NCBI GenBank assembly: GCA_028699255.1
Contig: JAQVUX010000005.1
Coordinates: 35,944-99,943 of the forward strand
Origin: Candidatus Omnitrophota bacterium
GTDB taxonomy: Bacteria > Omnitrophota > Gorgyraeia > 2-01-FULL-45-10
DNA: 64,000 bases
Direction: 5' to 3'
Shown: positions 49,001 to 57,754 of the stretch, one piece after another
How the letters are laid out: each line of letters starts with the position of its first letter
How positions within the stretch are numbered: the first letter of the stretch is position 1
Position numbers and translations under genes: made by a program
Notes under the pieces: model-generated
Told to the model about the DNA's origin: nothing
Seen by the model: the letters and a program-made list of their open reading frames with translations, nothing else
Database searches by the model: none

Positions 49001-49344
49001 ATAAACACGGATTGGTCGGGAAATAATTCGCTATTGAGGCGATTGATCGTTCTTCGAATAATCACATCGTCCGGAAGGTTCGGGGCCATAAATAATTTGC
49101 CCAGCGTATCGGCCGCCAAATTCAACTTCGCCCTGTATTTAAAATCTATTTCGTTTTTAATATCGAAAAGGGTGAAGCGGGATTGCGGGGCAAGTGTTGC
49201 CTGTTGCGGCGTTTGGACTTGCGGCGCCGCCCAGGATAGGTCGTTGAGCAGGAATAGGCAGACCAGGATTAGTGAGATTATTTTATATAGATTGCTTCGC
49301 CGCCACGCCTTAGGCGTATCGTCTCGCAATGACTTTTTATACAT
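46075..49344 (-). CDS. large orphan secreted or membrane-anchored protein (1089 aa) with no recognisable domain
   Basis: It has an N-terminal signal or anchor (IISLILVCLFLLNDLSWAAP) and a His-rich segment HVHAPAHVHV. No catalytic motif is identifiable by eye. Confidence 0.6.
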   Translation of the reverse strand: MYKKSLRDDTPKAWRRSNLYKIISLILVCLFLLNDLSWAAPQVQTPQQATLAPQSRFTLFDIKNEIDFKYRAKLNLAADTLGKLFMAPNLPDDVIIRRTINRLNSELFPDQSVFIDETWRSRKVAGKDYKYVTFKFANDGKMIDLFFIKDYENIAHEELVKFGIKTPDDRRNLESTDLPGLKGLWFRKRRDSADDTRMVSYANMPKGLPGPTDPGSNSGVRRYLRPPEVEGDSMSPDRSVFGRADETSRQEVDPKYPSGNTYAVRMKAIYGERTGPSDFERRAGVFALAPVLDFAAGGVLSVVSMAFFVLINDVMSGLLESEKFCRMLIDNHPRAYRISDTIFQGRFFPASYSRWAVKIILRLTDSLSSAVSVPSNIPIQPRKIETTFLRKALPPDCFKKFEDFIRPIPVNDQDGMVGVFEENYEHFRKVSHPDINDQVYEPDFYRLLKESHDNLYNYDMDPGQKYETKIALEQLIAFLNAKYLHQRIRHLFILSEKNSYEFRYVLAKMMVLDVLEQEKYLDYKIEKAERWQDVVARGTYDYQVAYINAVGAESQYKFLMYMPLLDEDMRAPTHEFIDTITPLLLSGGVTFKKMHPHFVQTNQSGGYTFSLYLDNSNEEERNQPLLENIPYSLVRNPGEREVLAKILSEMIEKNFRQIEYPCGSATLYMDGADAIQFIDTGDDVGLSGVAHILFAAIELRDNFCAARPAGSVRACLTTEKAHLVVQFYEEGSGGMIRLSERPFAISMYDRASGKFDGVRYINLPHGPGADPGPLGNGGPLDGNRYYKQPKKPGALKPSDQPLTYDNDALLHVHAPAHVHVRQAAPTENGLLPMEREAGQVVSKVQGQGETEAAAGRGKAGMTQNTVRRTPNGQPAIITDSAVAEAGRIHEENKKYRPKDLGKTKTILCHIAAEEIFPYIQRDMLRALLQQEMEKDAKCGEKVALLPVCGPSDFVDEVKRLIDRKRADYAIEYPGYEVEFDVACPSTEIVNKVLDSGIGIRALAFDPCQNDVQPEGIILALRIRRLDDIGRLKAIFEFLARRPLSMKEQSQADINNFVRSVPFKLPTAKLLDNDKRRFNKMASDNVMSAA

Positions 49345-49423
49345 AGCGAGAAGATTATAACATAGAATTATGTTAAAACAATATAAAGATAGCCATCTTT
49401 TTTCTACCTAACACTTTAACCCA

Positions 49424-49456
49424 TTCGACCTCCGAGGTGCGACCTCGGAGGTCGAA
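49424..49456. repeat. perfect 15-bp palindrome TTCGACCTCCGAGGT-gcg-ACCTCGGAGGTCGAA
   Basis: Seen directly in the sequence. A half-site copy (AGCGACCTCCGAGGTC) is also present at 52449-52466. Confidence 0.8.
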
Positions 49457-49467
49457 AATAACCATGT

Positions 49468-49506
49468 CAACCGCGTAGGTTACCGCGTAGGTTACCTACG
49501 CGGTTG
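49468..49506. repeat. REP cluster (two direct copies and one inverted copy) followed by a T7 run
   Basis: CAACCGCGTAGGTTA CCGCGTAGGTTA CCTACGCGGTTG ATTTTTTT, lying upstream of tRNA-Ala and the 1089-aa ORF. Confidence 0.8.
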
Positions 49507-49559
49507 ATTTTTTTAGTAGCTTGCTGGAGGAAGGTTGTGCTATACTATTTTTCCAAATT

Positions 49560-49633
49560 GGGGCTGTAGTGAAGAGGGATCACGACACAATGGCATTGTG
49601 TAGTCACGAGTTCGATTCTCGTCAGCTCCACCA
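49560..49633 (+). tRNA. tRNA-Ala (anticodon GGC) with the G3:U70 identity pair
   Basis: GGGGCTGTAGTGAAGAGGGATCACGACACAATGGCATTGTGTAGTCACGAGTTCGATTCTCGTCAGCTCCACCA folds as a cloverleaf. It has a 7-bp acceptor stem with G3:U70, a 4-nt variable loop and an encoded CCA. Confidence 0.75.
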
Positions 49634-49635
49634 TA

Positions 49636-49850
49636 CTCTGAAAACTTTTCGAAGAAAGTTTTCAGGTCCTGCAGTTTCAGATACTTCTATTTTTCCTGAA
49701 ATTTTCGGAGAAAATTTCGAGAAAAATAGAAGGACTCAGGAAACAATACGAAGGAAATTTTAGGGGCCTGGGGTTTGACAAGTTTCTATTTTGCTCCGCA
49801 AAATAGAAGAACTCGAGAAACTTTTCGAAGAAAATCCTCATTCCGCAAGA
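49636..49850. repeat. array of 2-3 units of the tRNA-proximal structured repeat, 3' of tRNA-Ala (opposite orientation on +)
   Basis: GAAAACTTTTCGAAGAAAGTTTTC-AGGTCCTGCAGTTTCAGATA-hairpin, then GGGGCCTGGGGTTTGACAAG-hairpin. These units mirror units 1 and 3 of the array next to tRNA-Leu. Confidence 0.75.
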
Positions 49851-50404
49851 TGCAAGTCTACGTATGACGCCAATAACTCCCTTATCTTTTCCGGAGGTAT
49901 AACATTGAAATAGTGGTCGACTATCGCGTGGGCCATCTCATGCGCTATGATCGAATCGGATATGTCCTCTTCTGAAATATATATAGTGTTGAACTTGTGC
50001 ACATAAAATGATTTTATACCGCTTTTATATTCTTCGACCGGCGCGGGGGTTCCGAATATCTTAACGTATTCGGCCTCCACATCCGCTCGGGCGGTAAATA
50101 TCATTATCTTCACATGAACATTGGCGGGATACATATCGAGAAGCTCTTCGGCGCGCCTGAATAGAGCGTCAAGCTGATAGCGCACCTTCTCTTCGACGGG
50201 AGCATCCTCGCCGGGCATCTCGCTCGTAAAATATGTCGCGCGTTTCCGCAGATTGGATTCGACCGCGTCCAGGTCTGCCCCCGGCATATAGCAAATGGTG
50301 AGATAGCCGGTCTCGAGAATGATCCATTCCTGCCCGGCCGCAAAAACGGGAGCGGCTATTGTGAGGATTATGAGTAATGCCGATATCGCGGCGCGGCGGA
50401 TCAT
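49838..50404 (-). CDS. secreted protein with an HExxH (HEMAH) putative zinc-metallopeptidase motif
   Basis: 188 aa with a signal peptide (ALLIILTIAAPVFAAGQ) and HEMAHAIVDH. It overlaps the upstream HAMP gene. Confidence 0.55.
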   Translation of the reverse strand: MIRRAAISALLIILTIAAPVFAAGQEWIILETGYLTICYMPGADLDAVESNLRKRATYFTSEMPGEDAPVEEKVRYQLDALFRRAEELLDMYPANVHVKIMIFTARADVEAEYVKIFGTPAPVEEYKSGIKSFYVHKFNTIYISEEDISDSIIAHEMAHAIVDHYFNVIPPEKIRELLASYVDLHLAE

Positions 50405-50405
50405 C

Positions 50406-50948
50406 CTATGTCCTGAACTTATCCAAGCCGGACTTCAGCGCCTTTATCTTCTGCTTAACTTCGCCCGGCAGATCGTTCGCCGCCGGTAATGCTTCAAGTT
50501 CCGCGGCTGTTTTTTTAAGCGCGCTTATTTCGTTCTTCAAAAACCGCACCATTGCGTTCAAGCCTTCCGCGATAGGCCTTATTTCGTCCCCTTCCCGGAG
50601 ATTGAACTCTCTGCGAAGGTTGCCGGAAGCGACGTCTTCGATGTCTTTCTCGATCCTGTAAAGCGGCCCGGCTATCTTGTGTGAAGTGAATAGCGTGATG
50701 AATATCGTGGCTATGCCCGTCGCTATTATCACCACCGCGCTCGATAATAATACAGCGGGAAGTATGTAATCGGCGGTGCTTTTAATGCCGAGGCGCAGGT
50801 TCTCGAATGATGTTGTTACTGTAGCCCTGGATAAAAGATAGATCGTAACACCCGATATGGCCGACCCGGCCAACACGATAGCACAGAATTTCAATATAAA
50901 ATTCCGCTGGAACTCTTTCTTTATATAATAATTTTTTCGCCTGTTCAT
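50406..50948 (-). CDS. two-TM membrane protein with a cytoplasmic HAMP domain and no output domain
   Basis: The start at MNRRKNYY lies immediately after the stop of the upstream lipoprotein gene. Two TM helices are followed by a HAMP-like amphipathic segment (AGPLYRIEKDIEDVASGNL...). Confidence 0.55.
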   Translation of the reverse strand: MNRRKNYYIKKEFQRNFILKFCAIVLAGSAISGVTIYLLSRATVTTSFENLRLGIKSTADYILPAVLLSSAVVIIATGIATIFITLFTSHKIAGPLYRIEKDIEDVASGNLRREFNLREGDEIRPIAEGLNAMVRFLKNEISALKKTAAELEALPAANDLPGEVKQKIKALKSGLDKFRT

Positions 50949-51430
50949 TTCAGGTTCTCCCTGTATATCCGGACCTTTGCCGAAGCGCGCAAGCCCGATA
51001 CCCATTTCGTAAGCTCGTCCTGAAGCATCTTTTGCCTGTCTTCAACGCTCAGATCGGCTGGAAGTTTTTTCGAGAAGTCGTCGATCTTTTTATTTATCAA
51101 AAGTTTCAAAAGCGCCTGCTCCCAATACCGCTCGATCTCCTTCATGAACTTTTGGTCTTTGTCGAAAGATTCTCTCTGCGCTTCCTGAAGCAGTATCTTC
51201 TTGGTTATGAGTTTGTCGAGCGCGTCCTCCTTCGCCTTAACGGCATCCGATGCGGCAAGCTTATCCGGTAGCATAAACCGCGCCTCTTCCTGAAAATCAT
51301 TTAAAGTCAGATCGTAATCATTTATCCTGACGATAACCCGGCTCTTATCGGCGTCGCATTTCTCTGTCCTGCCGCAACAGCCGGACATAAATAAAGCCGC
51401 GATAATCACGGCCAAAATAAAATGCTTCAT
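50945..51430 (-). CDS. lipoprotein with a SurA-N-like chaperone domain
   Basis: 161 aa with a lipobox FMSGCC and a helical PpiC/SurA N-terminal-like region. Confidence 0.5.
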   Translation of the reverse strand: MKHFILAVIIAALFMSGCCGRTEKCDADKSRVIVRINDYDLTLNDFQEEARFMLPDKLAASDAVKAKEDALDKLITKKILLQEAQRESFDKDQKFMKEIERYWEQALLKLLINKKIDDFSKKLPADLSVEDRQKMLQDELTKWVSGLRASAKVRIYRENLK

Positions 51431-51445
51431 GAAAGCCCCCTTTTG

Positions 51446-52414
51446 CTATTCCTTATACACACCGATCGCGCGGATCTTGTTATAGCGCATCTCTATAAGT
51501 TTATTCTTATCTATCGCTTTGAGCGCGGCGATATCTTTTTTGATTATCTTTTTGATATTATCGGCCACTTCCTGCGGATTCCTGTGCGCCCCGCCCAGCG
51601 GCTCTTTGACTATACCGTCGATTATCTTCATCTCGAGGAGGTCTTTACCCGTCAACTTGAGCGCCGCGGCCGCATCCGGAGACTTCGAGCGCTCTTTCCA
51701 CAATATCGCGGCGCACCCTTCCGGTGATATGACGGAATAATACGCGTTCTCGAGCACATACACCCTGTCTCCAATGCCGATACCGAGCGCGCCGCCCGAG
51801 CCGCCCTCACCTATCACGAATACGAGTATCGCGGTCTTGAGGTCGGCCATCTCGCGCAAATTATACGCGATCGCCTCGGCCTGCCCTCTCTCCTCAGCGC
51901 CTATCCCGGGGTATGCGCCGGGCGTATCTATGAGCGCTATTACCGGCAGATTGAACTTCTCCGCCATCTTCATGACCCTCATCGCCTTGCGATAGCCTTC
52001 CGGATGGGCGCTACCGAAACTTCTCTCGAGGTTCTCTTTGGTGTCTCTGCCCTTCTGGTGGCCGATAACTACCACCCGCTCGCCGTTCAGTTTCGCGAAG
52101 CCGCATATGAGAGCCTTGTCGTCGGCAAAATGACGGTCACCGTGTATCTCGATAAAATCGGTCATCATCATCTCAATGTAATCGAGCGTGTACGGGCGCT
52201 TCGGATGACGCGCAAGCTGGACCCTCTGCCAGGGCGTCAGGTTGTCGTAAACGTCCTTCTTTATATGGGCGAGCTTCTCTTCGAGCCGCACGATCTCCCC
52301 GGATATGTCGATATCCCTGCCGGATGTGAAGCTCTTCAGCTCCTCGATCTTGCGCTCCAGCTCCATTATGGGACGTTCGAAATCAAGGCCGGATATATGT
52401 GTATGTGTAGCCAT
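51446..52414 (-). CDS. accA: acetyl-CoA carboxylase carboxyltransferase alpha subunit
   Basis: 322 aa with characteristic AccA motifs ([11 protein letters not shown]..., [13 protein letters not shown]). Confidence 0.9.
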   Translation of the reverse strand: MATHTHISGLDFERPIMELERKIEELKSFTSGRDIDISGEIVRLEEKLAHIKKDVYDNLTPWQRVQLARHPKRPYTLDYIEMMMTDFIEIHGDRHFADDKALICGFAKLNGERVVVIGHQKGRDTKENLERSFGSAHPEGYRKAMRVMKMAEKFNLPVIALIDTPGAYPGIGAEERGQAEAIAYNLREMADLKTAILVFVIGEGGSGGALGIGIGDRVYVLENAYYSVISPEGCAAILWKERSKSPDAAAALKLTGKDLLEMKIIDGIVKEPLGGAHRNPQEVADNIKKIIKKDIAALKAIDKNKLIEMRYNKIRAIGVYKE

Positions 52415-52484
52415 ATTTTACGACTTGCCTCTCCTCCGCAGTCGCTAAAAAGCGACCTCCGAGGTCAATTTTACGGTCGCTCCT

Positions 52485-53342
52485 CTAATCTATTATAACG
52501 ATTTCCGTGCCGATAGGCACTATCGAGTACAACTCCTCAACTTCGGAGTTCTTCATCCTCACACAGCCCTCGGTAACGCTCTTGCCGATGGATTCCGGCT
52601 CGATGGTACCGTGTATGCCGTAACCTTGTTTGGATATGCCCAACCAGCGGGAGCCGAGCACATTTTTCGGATCTTTGGCAGGTATCATGCCTCCTGCGGA
52701 AGGATACCATGGCGGGTCTATAAGCTTGTTGGTGATCTTAAATGTTCCGACGGGGGTGCAGGAGTTTTTACCGGTCGATACGCGGTAGGTCTTCACGATC
52801 TCCTGGTCGTTTTTCAATGTAAGGATATTCTGGGACTTGTCCACGGCGATACTGAATTTCGCTTTGGTTACTTTCAGCTTCTTGCCGGATCTTACCGCCG
52901 CGTCTTTCAGGTTATTCGCCTTCATTATAAGTTCGGACGTGGTGTTGAACTTCTTCGCTATCTTGTTAAGGGTGTCACCTGGCTGAACTTCATAAAGCAT
53001 CGAATCGGGGGTTATTACTGAAGAAAATAGTATTTTAATATTCAGATTATCGAGGGATTCCTGTACCTTTGCGGCATTTCCCGAGGCTGGATACTTTTCT
53101 GTAAGTTTTTGATATGCGTCTTTAGCTTTTACGAGGTCACCCTTCTTCTCGGATTCTACGGCCGTGGATAAATAATCCTGCTCGCTTTCTCCGGGCGCGA
53201 CAACCGCTTTGGGCTCGATGGTCTTGGCCTCCTCGTTAGGGACGCCTGAATTTCTGATGATCCCCAGGATAAGAAGCCCCGCGCATATAAGCATCACGGC
53301 AATAACCGCTATCAAAAGAATGTTTTTATTCACTTTAAGCAC
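52485..53342 (-). CDS. L,D-transpeptidase (YkuD domain) with a LysM domain
   Basis: LysM (YEVQPGDTLNKIAKKF), and YkuD catalytic motifs HGT and GCVRM. Confidence 0.8.
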   Translation of the reverse strand: MLKVNKNILLIAVIAVMLICAGLLILGIIRNSGVPNEEAKTIEPKAVVAPGESEQDYLSTAVESEKKGDLVKAKDAYQKLTEKYPASGNAAKVQESLDNLNIKILFSSVITPDSMLYEVQPGDTLNKIAKKFNTTSELIMKANNLKDAAVRSGKKLKVTKAKFSIAVDKSQNILTLKNDQEIVKTYRVSTGKNSCTPVGTFKITNKLIDPPWYPSAGGMIPAKDPKNVLGSRWLGISKQGYGIHGTIEPESIGKSVTEGCVRMKNSEVEELYSIVPIGTEIVIID

Positions 53343-53348
53343 CCTTCG

Positions 53349-53798
53349 CTATTTGTAGAGCAGTAACGAAACTATTATACCAAGAAACGCGCCGGCGAAT
53401 ACCTCTACCGGTGTGTGACCTATAAGTTCCTTTAATTCCTCTTCGTCCATCTTCTTCTTCCAATAAATGTCATCGAGCATCTTATTCAATATCTCGGCCT
53501 GCCTGCCGGTAGCCAGCCGGACGCCCTGGGCGTCAAACATGACTATAAGCGTAAATGTGAGCGCTATCGCAAAGACTGCCGAATCAAATCCGTAGGTAAC
53601 GCCTATCGAGGTCGCGAGCGCCGAGACCCCGGCCGCGTGGGAGCTGGGCATGCCGCCGGTTCCTAAGAACCAGCGAAAATCAAACCGCTTCTCCCTGAAA
53701 ACGCCAAGAGCCACCTTTATCGATTGCGCTATGATCCAGGCGGCGGCTGATGTCCAGAATATGTAATTTTTGCTGAATTCTATAAAATAGTTCATTGT
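53349..53798 (-). CDS. DUF212/divergent PAP2-family membrane protein
   Basis: The segment GGMPSSHAAGVSALATSIG is present. The start is ambiguous: MTMNYF at 53798 or an upstream ATG at 53873. Confidence 0.55.
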   Translation of the reverse strand, partial: TMNYFIEFSKNYIFWTSAAAWIIAQSIKVALGVFREKRFDFRWFLGTGGMPSSHAAGVSALATSIGVTYGFDSAVFAIALTFTLIVMFDAQGVRLATGRQAEILNKMLDDIYWKKKMDEEELKELIGHTPVEVFAGAFLGIIVSLLLYK

Positions 53799-53871
53799 CA
53801 TTGCTTTTATTTGTTTAGGTATTATAATATATCCATCGGTTACTTTCAATATAAATAAAGGAGGGGCGGAC

Positions 53872-54420
53872 ATGGTGAAGAAGCTTTTTGTGTCGCTGAT
53901 TACAGCAGTACTGCTTTTCGCTTATGGCACGGCATCGGCTGAGGAGGGCCAACTCTGGCGCCTGGCGGATGATAAAGGCTGTATAAAAGTATTCATCGCT
54001 CAACCTGTAAACGAATCCGATCAGGCGCAGATCCTGCCCGATAACCTGAAGAAAGCCATAGAAACAACTCTATTGAACAGAAAATCCACGAAGTTCGTTA
54101 TAACGACCGATCCAAAAGATAGCGACATACAGGTCTCTTCTATAATAAAGCAATTCAAATATCTGGATAAAGGCCCGTTCAAACCGACGCCCGGGATAGG
54201 CACTACGCTCCTTGACGCCGCCGCATCGATGACCGCGAATTATGTCGAAATGACGACGCTCTTTACGGTAACCAGGACGAGCAACGGTGAAATACTATGG
54301 CAGGACACGTTGAATCCTTACATAAAACAGCGCATGACGCCGCAGGAGAGCATATCGGTCATTGCCGAAAAGATGGCAAGGCATTTTCTGTGGAAGTGTT
54401 TCGGTAAGCCGACTAAATAA
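53872..54420 (+). CDS. hypothetical secreted protein (signal peptide)
   Basis: 182 aa with LITAVLLFAYGTASA-EEG. No domain is recognisable. It is the only plus-strand gene in this stretch. Confidence 0.5.
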   Translation: MVKKLFVSLITAVLLFAYGTASAEEGQLWRLADDKGCIKVFIAQPVNESDQAQILPDNLKKAIETTLLNRKSTKFVITTDPKDSDIQVSSIIKQFKYLDKGPFKPTPGIGTTLLDAAASMTANYVEMTTLFTVTRTSNGEILWQDTLNPYIKQRMTPQESISVIAEKMARHFLWKCFGKPTK

Positions 54421-54435
54421 AAAGACGGGGGTTTT

Positions 54436-54996
54436 TTACCAACCTTTAATAAGCGCCATCGCCTCAGCGCGCGTCTTCTCATTTTTACGGAATATGCCCC
54501 TTACGGCGCTTGTCACGGTCATAACACCCGGCTTCTTTACTCCCCGCATCGACATACAAAGGTGCTCCGCCTCTATTATGACCATTACCCCCCTCGGTGA
54601 TAATTTACGCATTATAATATCGGCTATATCCGTCGTAAGCCTTTCCTGAACCTGCAATCTCTTGGATAGCGTATCCACCACCCGCGCAAGTTTGCTTAAA
54701 CCGGTAACTTTATTATTACTGGGAATGTAAGCGACGTGCGCCCTGCCTATGAAAGGCAATAGATGATGTTCGCAGATAGAATATAATGGTATGCCTTTAA
54801 GAAGCACTATCTCGTCGTGCTCCTTCTCGAATACAACCTCCAGCTCCTTCTCGGGATTTACTTTAATGCCGCCCAATATCTCTTCATACATCTCGGCTAC
54901 GCGTCTGGGCGTATCCTTTATATCAGGCCTGGAGGGATCTTCTCCTACCGCGAAAAGTATCTCCTTTACCGCTTTCTCTATACGTTTCTTGTCCAC
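54436..54996 (-). CDS. folE: GTP cyclohydrolase I
   Basis: 186 aa with [10 protein letters not shown] and a zinc-binding Cys/His context. Confidence 0.9.
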   Translation of the reverse strand: MDKKRIEKAVKEILFAVGEDPSRPDIKDTPRRVAEMYEEILGGIKVNPEKELEVVFEKEHDEIVLLKGIPLYSICEHHLLPFIGRAHVAYIPSNNKVTGLSKLARVVDTLSKRLQVQERLTTDIADIIMRKLSPRGVMVIIEAEHLCMSMRGVKKPGVMTVTSAVRGIFRKNEKTRAEAMALIKGW

Positions 54997-55013
54997 CGCG
55001 CACCCTTCCCTCT

Positions 55014-56453
55014 CTATTTACCTATACAGAACTGACCGAATATACGGTCGAGCATGTCGTCCGATACGGATTTACCTATTACCAGCCCAAGATTGAATAT
55101 AGCCTCTTTCAGGTCGATCGCCACAAGTTCAGGCGAGAGTTCCTCCCCTATCGCTCTTTTTACAGATAACATGGCGGACACCGCGTTGTCAAGCGCCTCC
55201 TTATGGCGCGCATTGCTTACAACCGCGCTCTCGCCCTGAACGTAACCGCCGCCTAAGACCGCGTCGCGTATCGCGCCCTCGAGCGCGTCAATATTGCGCC
55301 TGTCTTTCACGGATATTTCCACTACCGCATTATCGCCGAGAGCATTTTTTATACCGCTTAAAACGCGGCTTTCGGCCAAGTCGATCTTATTTAACACTAC
55401 TATCTTCTTTTTACCACCAACAAGATTAAGCATATCGCGATCCGCCCCGTCGAGCGGTGTCGAAGCATCGAACATTAGAATGGCGATATCCGACATATTA
55501 AGATACGACTTACTTTTCCTGACCCCTTCTTTCTCAAGCGCATCCCCGGCAGACGATATACCTGCAGTATCGACCAATCGTATCGGTACGCCATTCAAAT
55601 TTATGGTCTCCTCGACCGCGTCGCGCGTGGTCCCGGGTATCGGCGAGACGATAACCCTGTCTCTCTTTAGCAAGAGATTCATCAGGCTGGACTTCCCGAC
55701 ATTAGGCTTACCGCATATTATAGCGAGGACGCCCTCTCTGAACACCACACCGTTCTTGTAGCTTTTTGCCAGAAGCTCAAGTTCTTTTACTACGCTATCG
55801 GCCTTTTCCGCAAGCTCCTGCCGGCGGGGCAGTTCCAGCCCCTCTTCAGGGAAATCGATCGATGCCTCCACCTCGGCAGTTATATTCATAACCTTTTCCA
55901 GTATGGCGTTCACGTTCCTGGAGAGTTCACCCTCAAGCTGGCCCATCGCGACCTTTAAAGATCCTTCGGTCTTGGAGCGTATGACATCGAGGACGGCTTC
56001 GGCCTGCGACAGATCTATCCGGCCGTTGAGAAACGCCCGCCTGGTAAACTCGCCGGGCGCGGCGAGCCGGGCGCCGTGCTTTAAGACGAGCTCCATGACG
56101 CGCTCGAGGGCGCGTATGCCGGCGTGGCAATTTATCTCAACCACGTCTTCTTTTGTGTAGCTTCCGGGTGCGCGCATCACGGTAAGGATGACTTCGTCGA
56201 CAACCGCGCAGGTTGGCCGCGCGTTGCCCCGCCGATAAGGCGCGCGGTTATCTTTCGATTCACCATCGACTATGTGCCCATAATGCATCGTGTACGTTTT
56301 AAGCTTTAACGGCGCCTGGCCGTTTTTCGTCCGAAATAGCTCCGAGGCTATTTTTACCGCATCAGGCCCGCTTAAACGCACTATCCCTATCCCGCCCTCG
56401 CCGGGCGGAGTAGCTATAGCGACTATTGTTTCGGATTGGTCGTATCTACTCAT
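55014..56453 (-). CDS. mnmE: tRNA modification GTPase MnmE
   Basis: 479 aa with a G domain ([14 protein letters not shown]) and the C-terminal CIGK motif. Confidence 0.9.
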   Translation of the reverse strand: MSRYDQSETIVAIATPPGEGGIGIVRLSGPDAVKIASELFRTKNGQAPLKLKTYTMHYGHIVDGESKDNRAPYRRGNARPTCAVVDEVILTVMRAPGSYTKEDVVEINCHAGIRALERVMELVLKHGARLAAPGEFTRRAFLNGRIDLSQAEAVLDVIRSKTEGSLKVAMGQLEGELSRNVNAILEKVMNITAEVEASIDFPEEGLELPRRQELAEKADSVVKELELLAKSYKNGVVFREGVLAIICGKPNVGKSSLMNLLLKRDRVIVSPIPGTTRDAVEETINLNGVPIRLVDTAGISSAGDALEKEGVRKSKSYLNMSDIAILMFDASTPLDGADRDMLNLVGGKKKIVVLNKIDLAESRVLSGIKNALGDNAVVEISVKDRRNIDALEGAIRDAVLGGGYVQGESAVVSNARHKEALDNAVSAMLSVKRAIGEELSPELVAIDLKEAIFNLGLVIGKSVSDDMLDRIFGQFCIGK

Positions 56454-57753
56454 ATCTTAATTGTTTCGCTTCCCCTACCACAAAAAGTGAACCGGTAATT
56501 AACACAAGGTCTTCGGGCCCGGCGAATGATCTGGCGCTATCCACGGCTTCCGCTACCGTACCGGTAATATGGATATTTTTATAATCGGGCGGGATAAAAG
56601 ACCTTATCCTCTCCGGCTCCGCGGCCCTTTCCTTTATCGTTGCCTTTGTCAAAAACACTTCGTCCGCCAAAGGAAGAAGCTCGTCGAGAATGCCTTTTAT
56701 ATCCTTGTCGCCCGACACGCCGAGAACCAGAAAAAGTCGCTCATATTGAAACGCTCTTCTAACGGCTATCGCGAGCGCGTTCGCGCTGGCGCGGTTCTGG
56801 GCGCCGTCCAAAACAATCAGCGGACGCCGCGCCGCTACTTCCATCCGTCCCGGCCACTTTGCGCAGGCGATCCCGCGCTCCACCACATCTTTCCCTACTC
56901 TGATGCCGCGCATCGATAGCGCTTCGACAATCCCGACGGCAGTAGCCGCGTTAACAATCTGGTGTGCGCCCAAAAGAGACATCGTAAGCGCCGGATATTC
57001 GTTAACCAACCCATGCACTTTGAACACCTCCGATGAATCGTCGTGCTTAAGCTCTTCGAACTTCACGTCGCGCCCTATAAGGATAGCCTTTGCGCGCTTC
57101 TGGCCGCATATTTTCACAATAGCGTCGAGCGCCTCTTTCTCTTGCGGGGCTATTACACAAATCGAATCATCTTTTATTATCCCCGCCTTTTCGGAGGCAA
57201 TGCTCGTAAGTGTATTCCCGAGTTTATCGGTATGCTCGTAACTTATCGGCGTTATGCACGCGACGAGCGGTGCGAGTATATTGGTCGCGTCGAGGCGTCC
57301 CCCCAGGCCCGTCTCGAAGACGGCAAAGTCGACAGCTTTCTCTTTAAAATACAGGTACGCTAAAACGGTGCACACTTCAAATAGCGTCGGCGCTTCACCG
57401 CCCATCTTTTCCACGGCAGGACGTATTTGTGAAATGTGCCGCGCCACATCGCCTTCAGTAATAAGTTCACCGTTTATCATTATCCGCTCGCGGAATGAGA
57501 TCAGGTGGGGCGATGTGTATAGCCCGGTCTTAAAACCTGCTTCTTTTAAAATGGAATATGTGATAGCGCAGGTGGAACCTTTTCCTTTAGTCCCCGCTAT
57601 ATGGATGGATTTAAAACTTTTTTGCGGGTCGCCTATCTCCGAGGCAAGGCGCCGCATCCGGTCGAGCCGGAAGGAGCGCTCGTAATCATAACCATCGCGC
57701 TTTTCATAATTGACAAATGTATCGAGATATCGAAGAGCTTCTTCGTAAGTCAT
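56446..57753 (-). CDS. folC: bifunctional folylpolyglutamate synthase / dihydrofolate synthase
   Basis: 435 aa Mur-ligase-like protein with IHIAGTKGKGS. Confidence 0.85.
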   Translation of the reverse strand: MTYEEALRYLDTFVNYEKRDGYDYERSFRLDRMRRLASEIGDPQKSFKSIHIAGTKGKGSTCAITYSILKEAGFKTGLYTSPHLISFRERIMINGELITEGDVARHISQIRPAVEKMGGEAPTLFEVCTVLAYLYFKEKAVDFAVFETGLGGRLDATNILAPLVACITPISYEHTDKLGNTLTSIASEKAGIIKDDSICVIAPQEKEALDAIVKICGQKRAKAILIGRDVKFEELKHDDSSEVFKVHGLVNEYPALTMSLLGAHQIVNAATAVGIVEALSMRGIRVGKDVVERGIACAKWPGRMEVAARRPLIVLDGAQNRASANALAIAVRRAFQYERLFLVLGVSGDKDIKGILDELLPLADEVFLTKATIKERAAEPERIRSFIPPDYKNIHITGTVAEAVDSARSFAGPEDLVLITGSLFVVGEAKQLRYE

Positions 57754-57754
57754 C

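Noticed and set aside
49560-49633. tmRNA interpretation of the GGGGCTG...CCACCA element
   Set aside because: It is only 74 nt long with a complete anticodon arm (GGC) and G3:U70, so it is an ordinary tRNA-Ala rather than a tmRNA tRNA-like domain.
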